54,984 nucleotides of DNA from Patescibacteria group bacterium (GCA_038065475.1 JBBTQY010000009.1:1-54984); one strand, 5' to 3'. Counted from the first letter of the stretch, positions 36,037 through 46,174 are shown. Notes: generated by a model from the sequence alone, not told the origin. Program-made: numbers and translations.

Positions 36037-37707
36037 CTATTCATTTTCTACGAAAAGTCGCGCCAAACGGAGCTCTTCGAAGTCATACGTATCGCCCAGC
36101 ATGGATCGTGCGGGTGCGAGCTGCAATGTGTCACTATAACTGCGTATTTGCTCAAATGCCTCGCGGATTTTTTCAAATCTTGCGCCTGAAGGCTTGAAAT
36201 GCGCGCAATCAGCCTCGATATCAATCAACCCTTTGCGCAACAGTTTCTCCAAATGCTCGATAACCGTACCGACGGTAACACCGCGAGTTTTGGCGATCTC
36301 GCGCGGTGTCAGTTTTTGCATCAAGAGTTCGCGAGTTGCTTCGTGCGTGGGTATCTTCTTTTTCGATACTTTTACTTTACCCTTTTCAATACTGCCGCCG
36401 CATGCGCGGATAAAATTGTGATGCATATCTTGAAGCTCTATGTCAGACATATTGGCAAATACTTCTTGTGCCTGAGCCGATGAACCGTGAAATGCGGCAT
36501 CGTGCTCTAAAATACGTGGGTGCACCTGCAGAGCTTTTTCATTGAATCCGCGTAGATACAAACCGGCGAGCGAACGTACGCGTGAGAGCGCCACATACCC
36601 TTGGCCATATTCAAACGTAGCTGACAGATCCATGTGTGCGGCGTCGAGCGACATGCCTTGGCTTTTATGAATGGTGATAGCCCACGCAAGTCGCAATGGA
36701 ATCTGAATGATTTTGGCAAGCGTCTTGCCACCCTCCTCTACCGCCCATTCCATAGGAAAAGCTTTTATTGTCTCGCCGGTACCGATATGCACCTGCGGCA
36801 AACCATCGTCTGCATCGAAGCCGGTAACCACGCCAAGCGTGCCATTGAAAAAACCATTTTCAAAATCATTTTTAGTAAACATTACGCGCGCGCCTTCCTT
36901 GAGAAACAGCGTCTCGGGCGAAAGGCATCCCCGCTTGAGTGATTCAGCAACTGCCTTGGAACCTTTCGTCTGCATATCAAAAATGCGCGCATTGCCGGGA
37001 ATCTTTGAGAGCTCGCCTTTGTTGATGTGATCGACATCAGCATTGTGCGAGAAAAGCTGTGGCATCGTATCATCTGCCTCGGGCATGATGTTGCGCGCCT
37101 TCAGATGCTTTTGTAGGTCGCGCGTTATCTCACCTTTGCGAATCGAGAGCAACATACTCAAAAAAGCCGGATCTTCTTGACGATGCTGCTCGGTCAGATA
37201 ACAAGTCAAAAGTCCTGCCGCCTGCCATGATGGCGCCTCGAAGGCAAAACGTGATGCACGCCCACCGCGCGGTACCGGCGGCAATTGGAAAAAGTCTCCA
37301 ACAAAAATAACTTGCATGCCGCCAAAAGGCGCGGGGTTTTGACGCAACGCGCGCAAGATCGTATCAATCATGCCCAAGGTATGCGCATCGAGCATCGAAA
37401 TCTCGTCGATAATCAGCACGTGGGTTTTACGCGCGCGATCTACGAGCTTTTCTTTTTGCGTCAAAAAATCAAGATCATATTCAGAAAGCGCATCACGGAT
37501 GCCAAGGCCACTCCACGAATGAATCGTCATACCGCCAATATGAGTTGCGGCAATACCGGTCGATGCCGTGATCGCAGGCTCAATGCCGTGCTCGCGCAAA
37601 TACGTAATATATTTACCTATAAGATACGACTTGCCCGAACCCGGCTCACCCGTGATGCACACGTTGGCGCCTGTTTTTAATATCGAAAGTGCCGTGTCTT
37701 GGGTCAT
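36037..37707 (-). CDS. Pif1/RecD-like superfamily 1 DNA helicase (AAA ATPase) with C-terminal HTH
   Basis: ITGEPGSGKSY Walker A, VLIIDEISM Walker B, FVGDFFQLPPV motif, and a C-terminal TRGVTVGTVIEHLEKLLRKG HTH. Confidence 0.8.
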   Translation of the reverse strand: MTQDTALSILKTGANVCITGEPGSGKSYLIGKYITYLREHGIEPAITASTGIAATHIGGMTIHSWSGLGIRDALSEYDLDFLTQKEKLVDRARKTHVLIIDEISMLDAHTLGMIDTILRALRQNPAPFGGMQVIFVGDFFQLPPVPRGGRASRFAFEAPSWQAAGLLTCYLTEQHRQEDPAFLSMLLSIRKGEITRDLQKHLKARNIMPEADDTMPQLFSHNADVDHINKGELSKIPGNARIFDMQTKGSKAVAESLKRGCLSPETLFLKEGARVMFTKNDFENGFFNGTLGVVTGFDADDGLPQVHIGTGETIKAFPMEWAVEEGGKTLAKIIQIPLRLAWAITIHKSQGMSLDAAHMDLSATFEYGQGYVALSRVRSLAGLYLRGFNEKALQVHPRILEHDAAFHGSSAQAQEVFANMSDIELQDMHHNFIRACGGSIEKGKVKVSKKKIPTHEATRELLMQKLTPREIAKTRGVTVGTVIEHLEKLLRKGLIDIEADCAHFKPSGARFEKIREAFEQIRSYSDTLQLAPARSMLGDTYDFEELRLARLFVENE

Positions 37708-37732
37708 AGAGTGTACCCATTGTAGCGGTCTC

Positions 37733-38575
37733 TTATTTTTTTACAAAGGTGCCCGCATCAAGCTCAGCAAATGCGTCACGAAGTTCTTCTTGGGTATTCA
37801 TCACCACGGGGCCATACCATGCCACCGGCTCACCAATGGGCTTGCCTGATATCACCAAAAAGCGTGTTGCACCTCCCGACGCGTGTATTTCTATTTTTTT
37901 GCCATGTGTCAGTAGCACCGCGGTACCCGCTGTCACCTGGTGTTGGGGTAACGCCACCGCAGCCGTGCCTTCAAATACATATATAAAAGCCGTATCAGTC
38001 TCGGGAAGCTCACAAGAAAATATTTTACTCGCATCGAGTGATACATCGAGATAGAGAGGCCCTACCATCAAGTCAGATACAGGCCCCGTCATACCCTGCC
38101 AGCTACCGGCAATGATTTTGACCCGTGCACCATCGTGCAGAGCGGTAGGAATTTGCGCGGGCAAAATATCTTGGTAGCGCGGCGGCATCATCTTGTGCTC
38201 GCGCGGCAGGTTTACCCAAAGTTGGAAACCGGTAATCGGCACTACTGATGGATCAGGCATTTCTTGATGGATAATGCCTGACCCCGCCGTCATCCACTGA
38301 ACCGCGCCCGGACCCACAACACCCTTGTTGCCCATGCTGTCTTGGTGATGTACTTCGCCCACAAGCATATAGGTAACCGTCTCGATACCGCGATGCGGGT
38401 GCCATGGAAACCCCGGCGCATAATCTGTGGGATTTTTTGAACTAAAATCATCAAGCAACAAAAAGGGATCGAGCTGCGGCACCTCCGCATAACCAAACGC
38501 GCGGTGCAGATGTACACCGGCACCTTCAACGGTCGGCTGTACGCGAAATGTTTTTTTGATCGTGCGTAAAGACAT
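37733..38575 (-). CDS. Pirin-family protein
   Basis: HPHRGIETVTYML-G-V-H-DS-GN motif and a bicupin-length ORF (280 aa). Confidence 0.85.
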   Translation of the reverse strand: MSLRTIKKTFRVQPTVEGAGVHLHRAFGYAEVPQLDPFLLLDDFSSKNPTDYAPGFPWHPHRGIETVTYMLVGEVHHQDSMGNKGVVGPGAVQWMTAGSGIIHQEMPDPSVVPITGFQLWVNLPREHKMMPPRYQDILPAQIPTALHDGARVKIIAGSWQGMTGPVSDLMVGPLYLDVSLDASKIFSCELPETDTAFIYVFEGTAAVALPQHQVTAGTAVLLTHGKKIEIHASGGATRFLVISGKPIGEPVAWYGPVVMNTQEELRDAFAELDAGTFVKK

Positions 38576-38621
38576 TGAACGTATGATATCAAAAGCAATC
38601 TAGGTCTGCTAGAATAATTTT

Positions 38622-38969
38622 ATGAAAACACATACAGGAGGGTGCCACTGTGGCGCCGTACGCTATGAAGTCGATACTGATCTCGCATCAATCATCGAAT
38701 GCAATTGCTCGCATTGCTATAAAAAAGGGCTTGTACTTGCCTTTGTACCCGAGGCTCAGTTTCGCCTGATGCAGGGCGAAGAAAATTTAACCGACTATCA
38801 GTTCAACAAAAAAATAATCCATCACGTCTTTTGCAAAACATGCGGCGTGCAATCATTTAGTAAAGGCATGGGCAAAGACGGCCCTACCGCTGCCATCAAT
38901 GTACGCTGTCTCGACGATATTGATATGGCAACACTCACCATCAAACCATTTGATGGTAAAAACTGGTAA
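38622..38969 (+). CDS. GFA-family protein (glutathione-dependent formaldehyde-activating enzyme / CENP-V-like Zn-binding domain)
   Basis: GGCHCGAVRYEV...CNCSHC...CKTCG Cys motifs. Confidence 0.8.
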   Translation: MKTHTGGCHCGAVRYEVDTDLASIIECNCSHCYKKGLVLAFVPEAQFRLMQGEENLTDYQFNKKIIHHVFCKTCGVQSFSKGMGKDGPTAAINVRCLDDIDMATLTIKPFDGKNW

Positions 38970-39027
38970 AATAATTTTTTCTTAATCTATAACAATACGG
39001 TTGAGTTTTGAATAAAAACCGACTATA

Positions 39028-39047
39028 CTAGGTCAACCTAGTTTTTT
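39028..39047 (+). terminator. Weak terminator-like hairpin after the GFA gene
   Basis: ctagg-tcaa-cctag followed by tttttt. The stem is short. Confidence 0.3.
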
Positions 39048-39064
39048 AGTGCAATCTATGAACA

Positions 39065-40216
39065 TTGATGAAGATTCTGACCAATATTCGCTTTTACAAT
39101 GTTGCGGGTATTGCGCAATCACTCTCGCAATTTATCGCATACATCGGACATTCCCGCAAAAACATGCGGGTTATTGGCGTTGATATTCAGCGCCCGGGGG
39201 AGGCGCGCGACGATAAACGTGCGTTTGCTCTCAAAGACTCCCACTTCTCACTCAGACATAGAACTATCGACTTTATTGGTATTGGAGATGCCATTAAACA
39301 ATCACATACACTTGAGGATATAAAAAAACTCTACGAACCGATCATCGCCGCCTACGAACAGGCAATCATTAAAGAACAACCCGACCTTGTACTCCTCAAC
39401 GGTACCTATTTTTTACCGTGGTGCCTTCTACAAGCAGCGAACCGCCAACATAAAAAAACTGTCCTGCATTATCATGGTCTCCTTACCAAGGAGACAGAAA
39501 ATTGGTTTGACCACGCACGCAATATCTTTGGGGCGATGGAACGATCCTTTGACCGAGATGACATGCACTATATCTTTCCATCACAACTTGCGCGACAAGC
39601 CGTAGAAGCTGACGTCTTTGGTCATACCATCAAACATGCCACCATCATCCCGAACCCCGTACCGATGCATTTCTTCACAAAACCGCGCGCACTAAAGAAA
39701 AAACGCAAAAAAGATATCGGACTCGTATCACGCTGGACAAAAATTAAAAATCCTCAATTTTTCGCTTCACTTGCGCACCACAATAAACGACATTGGGACG
39801 ACATGCGCTTTACCAGCGTAACTGATCTCCCAACACGCCATATTGTTAAAACAAAATTCCGAAACGTGATTACCTTTCAACCCGCCGTATCAAATAAAAA
39901 CCTTGCTGCGTTTTATCGGTCGATGGACGTTATCATCAGCCCATCACATTTTGAAACTTATGGTAATGTTGCGCAAGAAGCAGTCGCATCAGGCACGCCT
40001 GCTCTCATCAGCGCCAACATGGGTGTTGCCGAAACATTTAAATCTCTAGGCCTCGAACACCTTATCGTTTCGTTTGATTCAGTTGCGTCAGTACATAGAA
40101 AAATTCGTGAAATTTCGAACCAAGGCATTGATCCTGAAGTGCAGTACCAAATGCGCGAAATGCTCAATCCTTCTGTGCTACACGAAAAACTGTATACAAC
40201 GATTCGAAAGGTCTAG
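39065..40216 (+). CDS. Glycosyltransferase family 4 (GT-B, group 1)
   Basis: C-terminal ETYGNVAQEAVASGTPALIS, matching the E-x7-E-type GT1/GT4 motif. Confidence 0.7.
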   Translation: MMKILTNIRFYNVAGIAQSLSQFIAYIGHSRKNMRVIGVDIQRPGEARDDKRAFALKDSHFSLRHRTIDFIGIGDAIKQSHTLEDIKKLYEPIIAAYEQAIIKEQPDLVLLNGTYFLPWCLLQAANRQHKKTVLHYHGLLTKETENWFDHARNIFGAMERSFDRDDMHYIFPSQLARQAVEADVFGHTIKHATIIPNPVPMHFFTKPRALKKKRKKDIGLVSRWTKIKNPQFFASLAHHNKRHWDDMRFTSVTDLPTRHIVKTKFRNVITFQPAVSNKNLAAFYRSMDVIISPSHFETYGNVAQEAVASGTPALISANMGVAETFKSLGLEHLIVSFDSVASVHRKIREISNQGIDPEVQYQMREMLNPSVLHEKLYTTIRKV

Positions 40217-40731
40217 CCGATAACCTCAATTTTGTCACCCAGGAGCGAGAGAAATTCTTCGCGCCTACTCTCCATGTCTACTTCATTCATGTGCCACAGC
40301 GGGTAGCACTCAGGCGTGTATTCAAAATGCGCGCGCACCTCGCCATCTTCAAAGACACGAATATGGTACTGATGCATAAAACTCACTACATAACGCAAAC
40401 TAACGAGTTCACCATCATCACGCCACGCAACGAAATGGTTACCGTAACCCACCTCTACCAAATGCAAAATAAATTCTTTGATTGAAACGTGCTTGGCGAC
40501 TTTTCCCAACAAAAAATTTTGCCGGCCCTCGTGACGCAAAATGCGTACTCGGAGCAACAGATCGCGCACATGGGGATGCGCTGGCGTAATCGCGCGCCAG
40601 AAAAAATATTTGACGCGGGCCGAAAGCGTCTGTGGGTAGCGCATGCGCGAACGGGGCAACTTATGTATCCAGCGCTTGAGTTGATCGATCGATTCGGACT
40701 GCATGAGATTAGAATCTAATATATTAAGCAT
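40213..40731 (-). CDS. Hypothetical protein
   Basis: 172-aa ORF with no recognisable domain. It overlaps the GT4 gene end by 4 nt (convergent). Confidence 0.4.
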   Translation of the reverse strand: MLNILDSNLMQSESIDQLKRWIHKLPRSRMRYPQTLSARVKYFFWRAITPAHPHVRDLLLRVRILRHEGRQNFLLGKVAKHVSIKEFILHLVEVGYGNHFVAWRDDGELVSLRYVVSFMHQYHIRVFEDGEVRAHFEYTPECYPLWHMNEVDMESRREEFLSLLGDKIEVIG

Positions 40732-40743
40732 ATCATATCAAAA

Positions 40744-40777
40744 CAAAAACCGCCTCAGGCAAGCCCGAGGCGGTTTT
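40744..40777. terminator. Bidirectional rho-independent terminator downstream of the cold-shock gene
   Basis: aaaaaccgcctc...gaggcggttttt hairpin with A/T runs on both strands. Confidence 0.65.
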
Positions 40778-40788
40778 TGGTATGACGC

Positions 40789-40995
40789 TTATACGCGTGA
40801 TACGTTGGTAGCGGCGGGACCCTTTGGTCCGTCTGATACCTCAAAGGTGACGTTATCGCCAACCTTGAGCTCATCAAACATGACGCCGTTCAACTCTTTG
40901 GAGTGAAAGAAAAGGTCCTTCACCTCGCCTTCGCGAGAGATGAAACCATATCCCTTGTCCGTAAGAGTCTTGATTGTTCCGTTCATCATAATCAA
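40789..40995 (-). CDS. Cold-shock protein (CspA family). The likely start is MNGTIKT at about 40986
   Basis: KGYGFI RNP1-like motif and FFHSKE...FEV. A ~100-nt upstream untranslated region is typical of csp genes. Confidence 0.88.
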   Translation of the reverse strand: MIMMNGTIKTLTDKGYGFISREGEVKDLFFHSKELNGVMFDELKVGDNVTFEVSDGPKGPAATNVSRV

Positions 40996-41097
40996 TTTAC
41001 TATGCCTACGCTAAAAAAACCCGACTTAGTTTCTATACTCAGCACGTGTCCATTGTAACCTATGTGATGAATTTTGTCAAATATTAGCCTTGGTGGA

Positions 41098-42546
41098 CTA
41101 TTTTTCGAGGTCGAGAACCTCATCAATGCGTATTTGCTTTACAAACTCCGGCACGTGGCTGACAAGTACCATGGCTCCATCATATTTATTCAGAGCTTCC
41201 GCAATAATAGGAATATGGCGGAAATTAATATGGTTGGTAGGCTCGTCGAGTATCAAAAGGCCTGGTTTTTGCAGCACCAAACGTGCAAAAGCTACGAGGC
41301 CCTTTTGCCCCTCTGAAAGTCTACCGATCTTGGTATGAATCATAGCGGGCGTGATAAGAAACCGGGCGGCTGTACCACGCATGGTTTCATCTACTTTTTT
41401 GTCCATAACTTCCATAAGTGACTCGCCTACGGTGTCCTCAAAATTAAGTGTCGAAAAATCTTGGCGATAGTAACCCACCGTCACCTCGTCCATAATTTTA
41501 GTGCCCTTGCCGCCGCGCGCGATCGTCTCCAAGAGCGTGGTCTTACCAATGCCGTTGGGGCCCTTGATTAAAAGATGCGTGTTGCGCTTGAGTTTAATAT
41601 CGGCTTTATGCGTGACCGGCTTGTGATTTTTAATCGTACTATAGGAAGTAATATGCAATAGATCGCCTACAACTTCAGGTTGTGATGGGATGATAAACTG
41701 CCTGATGGTTTTATCTTCTTGGCGCACATCTACCTGAGACTCTTCCATCTCTTCGATTCTATCGCGCATTTTTTTGGCAACGTTACGCATCTTGCCACCT
41801 TTCTGAGCAAAGAAGTTTGCTTTATCTTTGTTTTCTTGAATCTCTTTTGCCAATTGGGCGTTTTTCTTATTTTCGCGCTCGATGCGTGCAGTAATATCTT
41901 TGACTACATTGTAGTAGTTGCCTACGTACTGCTCGATAGTACGTTTGAATACGTCAAGATACAAAACGCCGGTGCTAAACGCATTGAGAAACTCAGCATC
42001 ATGTGAAATGACGATGCATGTCTTTTTGTAATCAATCAGAAATTGCGTAAGGTGCTCGATGCCCGCCTTATCGAGATTGTTGGTCGGCTCATCGAGCAGC
42101 AGCAAATCAGGATCTTGGATGAGCGCAGATGCCAAAAGGAGGCGTGCCTGCTGGCCGCCTGAAAAAGTTTTGATTACTTTATCGAGTGGAGCTGCCAGGT
42201 GCACCACATCGAGTACTTTGGCAATGCGTGGGTCGATATCGTAGATTTTTTTGCTGAAGCAACGCTCAAAAAACTCGCGCACCGTAAAATCCATCTGATC
42301 GCGCGGGATAACTTGGCGAGCGGTAGCGATCGTCAGGCCACTTGCGATATGTATCTCGCCAGACTCGGGTTTATGCGCACCCATGATGAGACCAAAAAGC
42401 GTGCTTTTGCCCGCACCATTTTGACCCATGAGGGTGATTTTTGATCCGCGGCGAACAGGAAAACTAACCTCCTTGATAATGGGGTATTTGGGTCCGTATT
42501 CAAACGAGACCTCTTCAAATCGAACTATAACCTCGTCACGTGACAT
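41098..42546 (-). CDS. ABC-F family ATPase (tandem ABC domains, no TM domain)
   Basis: Two Walker A motifs (GQNGAGKST, GPNGIGKTT) and two LSGGQ-like signatures (FSGGQQARL, LSEGQKGLV), with an inter-domain linker. Confidence 0.85.
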   Translation of the reverse strand: MSRDEVIVRFEEVSFEYGPKYPIIKEVSFPVRRGSKITLMGQNGAGKSTLFGLIMGAHKPESGEIHIASGLTIATARQVIPRDQMDFTVREFFERCFSKKIYDIDPRIAKVLDVVHLAAPLDKVIKTFSGGQQARLLLASALIQDPDLLLLDEPTNNLDKAGIEHLTQFLIDYKKTCIVISHDAEFLNAFSTGVLYLDVFKRTIEQYVGNYYNVVKDITARIERENKKNAQLAKEIQENKDKANFFAQKGGKMRNVAKKMRDRIEEMEESQVDVRQEDKTIRQFIIPSQPEVVGDLLHITSYSTIKNHKPVTHKADIKLKRNTHLLIKGPNGIGKTTLLETIARGGKGTKIMDEVTVGYYRQDFSTLNFEDTVGESLMEVMDKKVDETMRGTAARFLITPAMIHTKIGRLSEGQKGLVAFARLVLQKPGLLILDEPTNHINFRHIPIIAEALNKYDGAMVLVSHVPEFVKQIRIDEVLDLEK

Positions 42547-42615
42547 AATGCTGACTAGGATAGCACAGATTTATGCTTTGTTCTATTCTGAGCGCTTCTG
42601 CGCTATACTCCGCTC

Positions 42616-43338
42616 ATGCCAGCAGAATACCCTATGCGTATCAATAAATATTTAGCACTCAAAAACTACGCCACACGGCGTGGGGCTGACGGGCTGATTG
42701 AAAAAGGCCTGGTATTTATCAACGGCAAAAAGGCGGTGCTGGGCGATAAAATTGATGAGGGCGACAAGATTGAGGTGCGCGCAAAAGGGCCTGCAAAAAA
42801 ATATGTATATCTTGCCTACAACAAACCTAAGGGTATTGTGACAAGCCTGCCGCAAATGGGCGACCTCGATATCAAAACGCAGCTCAAAGATACACCCGTG
42901 GCAGCAGACGTCTTTCCGCTCGGACGTCTTGATAAAGATTCACGCGGCTTAATCATCCTGACCAACGACGGTCGTATCACCGATCGATTATTAAATCCTG
43001 AATTTGAACACGAAAAAGAATATGAAGTACGCACCCAAGAGCATCTCCGCGAAAGCTTTGAAAAACACATGTCAGAAGGTGTCGATATCGGCGAAGGTGT
43101 CATGACCAAACAGTGCATCGTCAAACGCACGAGCGACAATGCCTTTCGTATTATTTTAGGTGAAGGTAAAAAGCATCAGATCCGCCGCATGGTAACCGCT
43201 CTCCACAACACCGTCACTGACTTGCGCCGCATACGCATCCTCAACATCAAACTTGGCGCTCTTGCCGAGGGTACCTATCGCCGTATCGAAGGTAAAGAGC
43301 TTGCTGATTTCCTTGCCACACTCGGCATTGATAAATAA
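42616..43338 (+). CDS. RsuA/RluB-family rRNA pseudouridine synthase with N-terminal S4 domain
   Basis: S4 RNA-binding segment (RINKYLALKNYATRRGADGLIEKGLVFING) and catalytic RLDKDSRGLIILTNDG. Confidence 0.85.
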   Translation: MPAEYPMRINKYLALKNYATRRGADGLIEKGLVFINGKKAVLGDKIDEGDKIEVRAKGPAKKYVYLAYNKPKGIVTSLPQMGDLDIKTQLKDTPVAADVFPLGRLDKDSRGLIILTNDGRITDRLLNPEFEHEKEYEVRTQEHLRESFEKHMSEGVDIGEGVMTKQCIVKRTSDNAFRIILGEGKKHQIRRMVTALHNTVTDLRRIRILNIKLGALAEGTYRRIEGKELADFLATLGIDK

Positions 43339-44063
43339 GCTTTGCGTTTTTGATCGGGGAATTTTTCTATAGCATAACGCAACATGGTACGTGGCATACG
43401 CGCCGCGTGCTTTTCCAAAAAATCTTCGAGCGCGCACTGATCTCGCTTGCCTGCCTCGCGCAGCATCCAGCCCGCTGCTTTGTGTATGAGATCATGAGTA
43501 TCATGCATCAAAATTGCTGCGATACAAAAAGTATCGATTAGATCGCCCCGGCGGATAAACGCATGAGTGGAAACAATCGCAATGCGCCGCTCCCACAAAT
43601 TTTTTGACCGCGCGAGTTTATATAAAATATTTCTTTTTTTGTCTTGCAACTCGGTGCCTAAAATATAACTGGCTGATGAATCAACAAGATCCCAATTGTT
43701 GATTTGTTTTGCATGGGCTACATAAAACTTTGTGATGCGCGCCTGATCTTTTTTGTCAGCGCGCTGATACTGCCCCACCAATATCAAGAGCGCTGTCAGT
43801 CGACATTCATGTACAGGGTTCACAAACAACCTAGCAATTTCCGTGAGCAGCAAGTCCTTATATCTCTTGGCTATACGCCGCTGCTCGGGTACTGTCACGC
43901 CATAAAAAATATCACCGTGACCATAATGCCCCGGGCCCGTTTTAAAAAACCAAGCCGACACCTTTGCCCTGTGTGGAGTGCCGAGGCGTTTGAGATCTTG
44001 CTCTATCATATAAGTGATCTCGATACCTTCTATTTTACAAGGCGTTGATACGTCTGCAGACAA
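43275..44063 (-). CDS. DNA alkylation repair enzyme (AlkD/AlkC-like HEAT-repeat glycosylase family). The probable start is MIEQDLKR at about 44009
   Basis: PHRAKVSAWFFKTGPGHYGHGDIFYGVTVPEQRRIAKRY and NNWDLVDSSA match the DNA_alkylation family pattern. Confidence 0.7.
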   Translation of the reverse strand: MSADVSTPCKIEGIEITYMIEQDLKRLGTPHRAKVSAWFFKTGPGHYGHGDIFYGVTVPEQRRIAKRYKDLLLTEIARLFVNPVHECRLTALLILVGQYQRADKKDQARITKFYVAHAKQINNWDLVDSSASYILGTELQDKKRNILYKLARSKNLWERRIAIVSTHAFIRRGDLIDTFCIAAILMHDTHDLIHKAAGWMLREAGKRDQCALEDFLEKHAARMPRTMLRYAIEKFPDQKRKAYLSMPSVARKSASSLPSIRR

Positions 44064-45298
44064 TCAAGTATATATCGCGGAAAAAGAAAGCGTCTTGCTA
44101 CGCTCGTGTGGGCACGACGACCGAGTTGGCTCCGAAGATGTGGCTGCTGTAGTAATATCTCAACCTTTTTGGCTATTGCCGATGCACTGGTAACAATGAA
44201 ACCATTTTTACCGTTTGTAATTTGTATTTTTGCGCCTGCAGAGGGTGCTGCGATAACTGGTTTTCCTTTCCACATCGCCTCCGTAATCGTTAGACCAAAA
44301 CCTTCTCGTACACTTTTTTGAACAACAACCGTCGACACCGTGTAAAGTGCGTTGATAAATACTTCGTTGGAAAGATTACCAAGCTGCTTAGTATCAGAAA
44401 AAAGAAAAATTGCATTGTCCCCTTTTGCATAACGCGCAACCTCATCAAGCATGCGTACCGCCTCAGGATCATCTTGTGCCGTCATAAATCCCGCAAGCAC
44501 TAACTGTAGTCGCGGCTCTCTTTTTTTTGCAAGATAGTAGGCTCTAATTACGCCAACGGGATCCTTCCACGCATCAAATCGAGACACCTGAGTCATGATT
44601 GGAAGATCGTCGTGTATGCCAAATTTTCTTATGATGGAACGCGCGCGCGAAAGTGTCATGGGTTTGTTTTTCGCTGTAAACGGATCAATAGCTGGGTGAA
44701 TGATAACTTTACGACCCCGAAACGCCCGCTTATACGCCGGATTACTCACCACAACGCACTTGGTGCACCTCGCATATCGCTGCAGCATACCCGTCGCCCA
44801 TAGATTCGCTCGCGAAAGATCGACATGGATACGCCACAATGAAGAAAGGTGGGGCGGAAGCGCGCAGAGCAGTGCTGCTGGCTGAGGGTCATGGATGACA
44901 ACAATGCCATCTTTTATACCCTCTGCTACACGAAGAAATTTTTTTGCGAGCTGTGAGCCAACCTTTTCATAGCTTTGCAACTCAGCCCCAGTGAGCTGTC
45001 CGGGAGCTCCCTGCAGTAAGTTGTGTAGTTTTTTTGTTATTGCAAAAAACTCTGTCGGCGCAGATATTACATACCACCTGCTATCAATACCTAAAGAGCG
45101 CTCGAGAGGTATTTGCGATCGAAGAAGTTCGGCAACGCCACCTCCATGCACAGCAGAATTTACATGAATCACCGTACGCCCACGAAGCGCGCCTGCGCTC
45201 TGTTCGAGTTTTTGCCAAGCTTTTCTATCGAGTGATCGATAGCGAATTTGAGAGACTAAATCTCGTCGCTGTGGAACGCGAATAATATTAACACTCAT
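44030..45298 (-). CDS. Glycosyltransferase family 4 (group 1)
   Basis: EGFGLTITEAMWKGKPVIA motif. 422 aa. Confidence 0.7.
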   Translation of the reverse strand: MSVNIIRVPQRRDLVSQIRYRSLDRKAWQKLEQSAGALRGRTVIHVNSAVHGGGVAELLRSQIPLERSLGIDSRWYVISAPTEFFAITKKLHNLLQGAPGQLTGAELQSYEKVGSQLAKKFLRVAEGIKDGIVVIHDPQPAALLCALPPHLSSLWRIHVDLSRANLWATGMLQRYARCTKCVVVSNPAYKRAFRGRKVIIHPAIDPFTAKNKPMTLSRARSIIRKFGIHDDLPIMTQVSRFDAWKDPVGVIRAYYLAKKREPRLQLVLAGFMTAQDDPEAVRMLDEVARYAKGDNAIFLFSDTKQLGNLSNEVFINALYTVSTVVVQKSVREGFGLTITEAMWKGKPVIAAPSAGAKIQITNGKNGFIVTSASAIAKKVEILLQQPHLRSQLGRRAHTSVARRFLFPRYILDCLQTYQRLVK

Positions 45299-45330
45299 AA
45301 AACGTTACGATCAAGTCTTATGTTTTGCAT

Positions 45331-45633
45331 TTATACGCGCGATGCAGTAAAAAGATCGGCAAATTTTAGTTTCAAGATAACAAAAAGATAAATGATTTCA
45401 ACAATGCCCAATGTATTGAGAACCAGCAGCACGATAAACCATCTACCCTGCTCACGACGGGCAGCATGCCACAACGCGAGTCCCTTCCAAAAAATACTCC
45501 AAATCATAAGCGGCAGGATCACCGGAACGAACCAGGAGGGAGACTGCATACCAAAATTTTGTATCATGTAGTTCATATCTGTAAGTATATCATGACTAGA
45601 AAAAAGGTAACGCCTGTAACACCTCGTACGCAT
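45331..45633 (-). CDS. Small three-TM membrane protein
   Basis: 100 aa and hydrophobic. It overlaps the DedA-like gene by 38 nt, so it may start at an internal Met. Confidence 0.4.
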   Translation of the reverse strand: MRTRCYRRYLFSSHDILTDMNYMIQNFGMQSPSWFVPVILPLMIWSIFWKGLALWHAARREQGRWFIVLLVLNTLGIVEIIYLFVILKLKFADLFTASRV

Positions 45634-46174
45634 GAGCGGCTATGAGGGCAAGCGCCACATTAAATATAAGATTTCCTAATCCAAGTGGGATGATCACACG
45701 CCAAAAAGGATAATGCAGAAAACCCATGGGAATCGTGATCACATCGTTTGAAAATGGCAGGCACGAGCCAAAGAGAAGAAAAAAAAATGGCAATAATTTT
45801 GGGTACTTATCTTCTAAGACAGAGAGTTTTTGCAACGCCGTCTGTAGTCGATGAGGCATGAGCAACCTGCCCTGGTAGCCAATATAATAGGAAGTCGAAT
45901 CGCCGAGCATGACACCAAGTGCCGTCACCCCACCCAATACAAATGGATTGAGCCCGCCAGTAGCCAACGCAACCAACACCAAATGATACGGGATGCCGCT
46001 GAAAGTAGTAAGCCCGCCCGCGAGAGCAAGAACAAAAATAAGGCCATACGCGTTCTCAACTCCGACAAAACCGATAACACTCTCAGGCGATGAATAGTAG
46101 AAAATAAGTGAGAACGTGACAAAAAACAGTATTGGCACAATTCGCGGCAGGTAGGTAAGAAATTTATTTTTCAA
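45596..46174 (-). CDS. DedA/TVP38 (VTT-domain) family membrane protein
   Basis: Multi-TM protein with a G-rich re-entrant region (GGVTALGVMLGDSTSYYIGYQGR). Confidence 0.65.
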   Translation of the reverse strand: MKNKFLTYLPRIVPILFFVTFSLIFYYSSPESVIGFVGVENAYGLIFVLALAGGLTTFSGIPYHLVLVALATGGLNPFVLGGVTALGVMLGDSTSYYIGYQGRLLMPHRLQTALQKLSVLEDKYPKLLPFFFLLFGSCLPFSNDVITIPMGFLHYPFWRVIIPLGLGNLIFNVALALIAAHAYEVLQALPFF

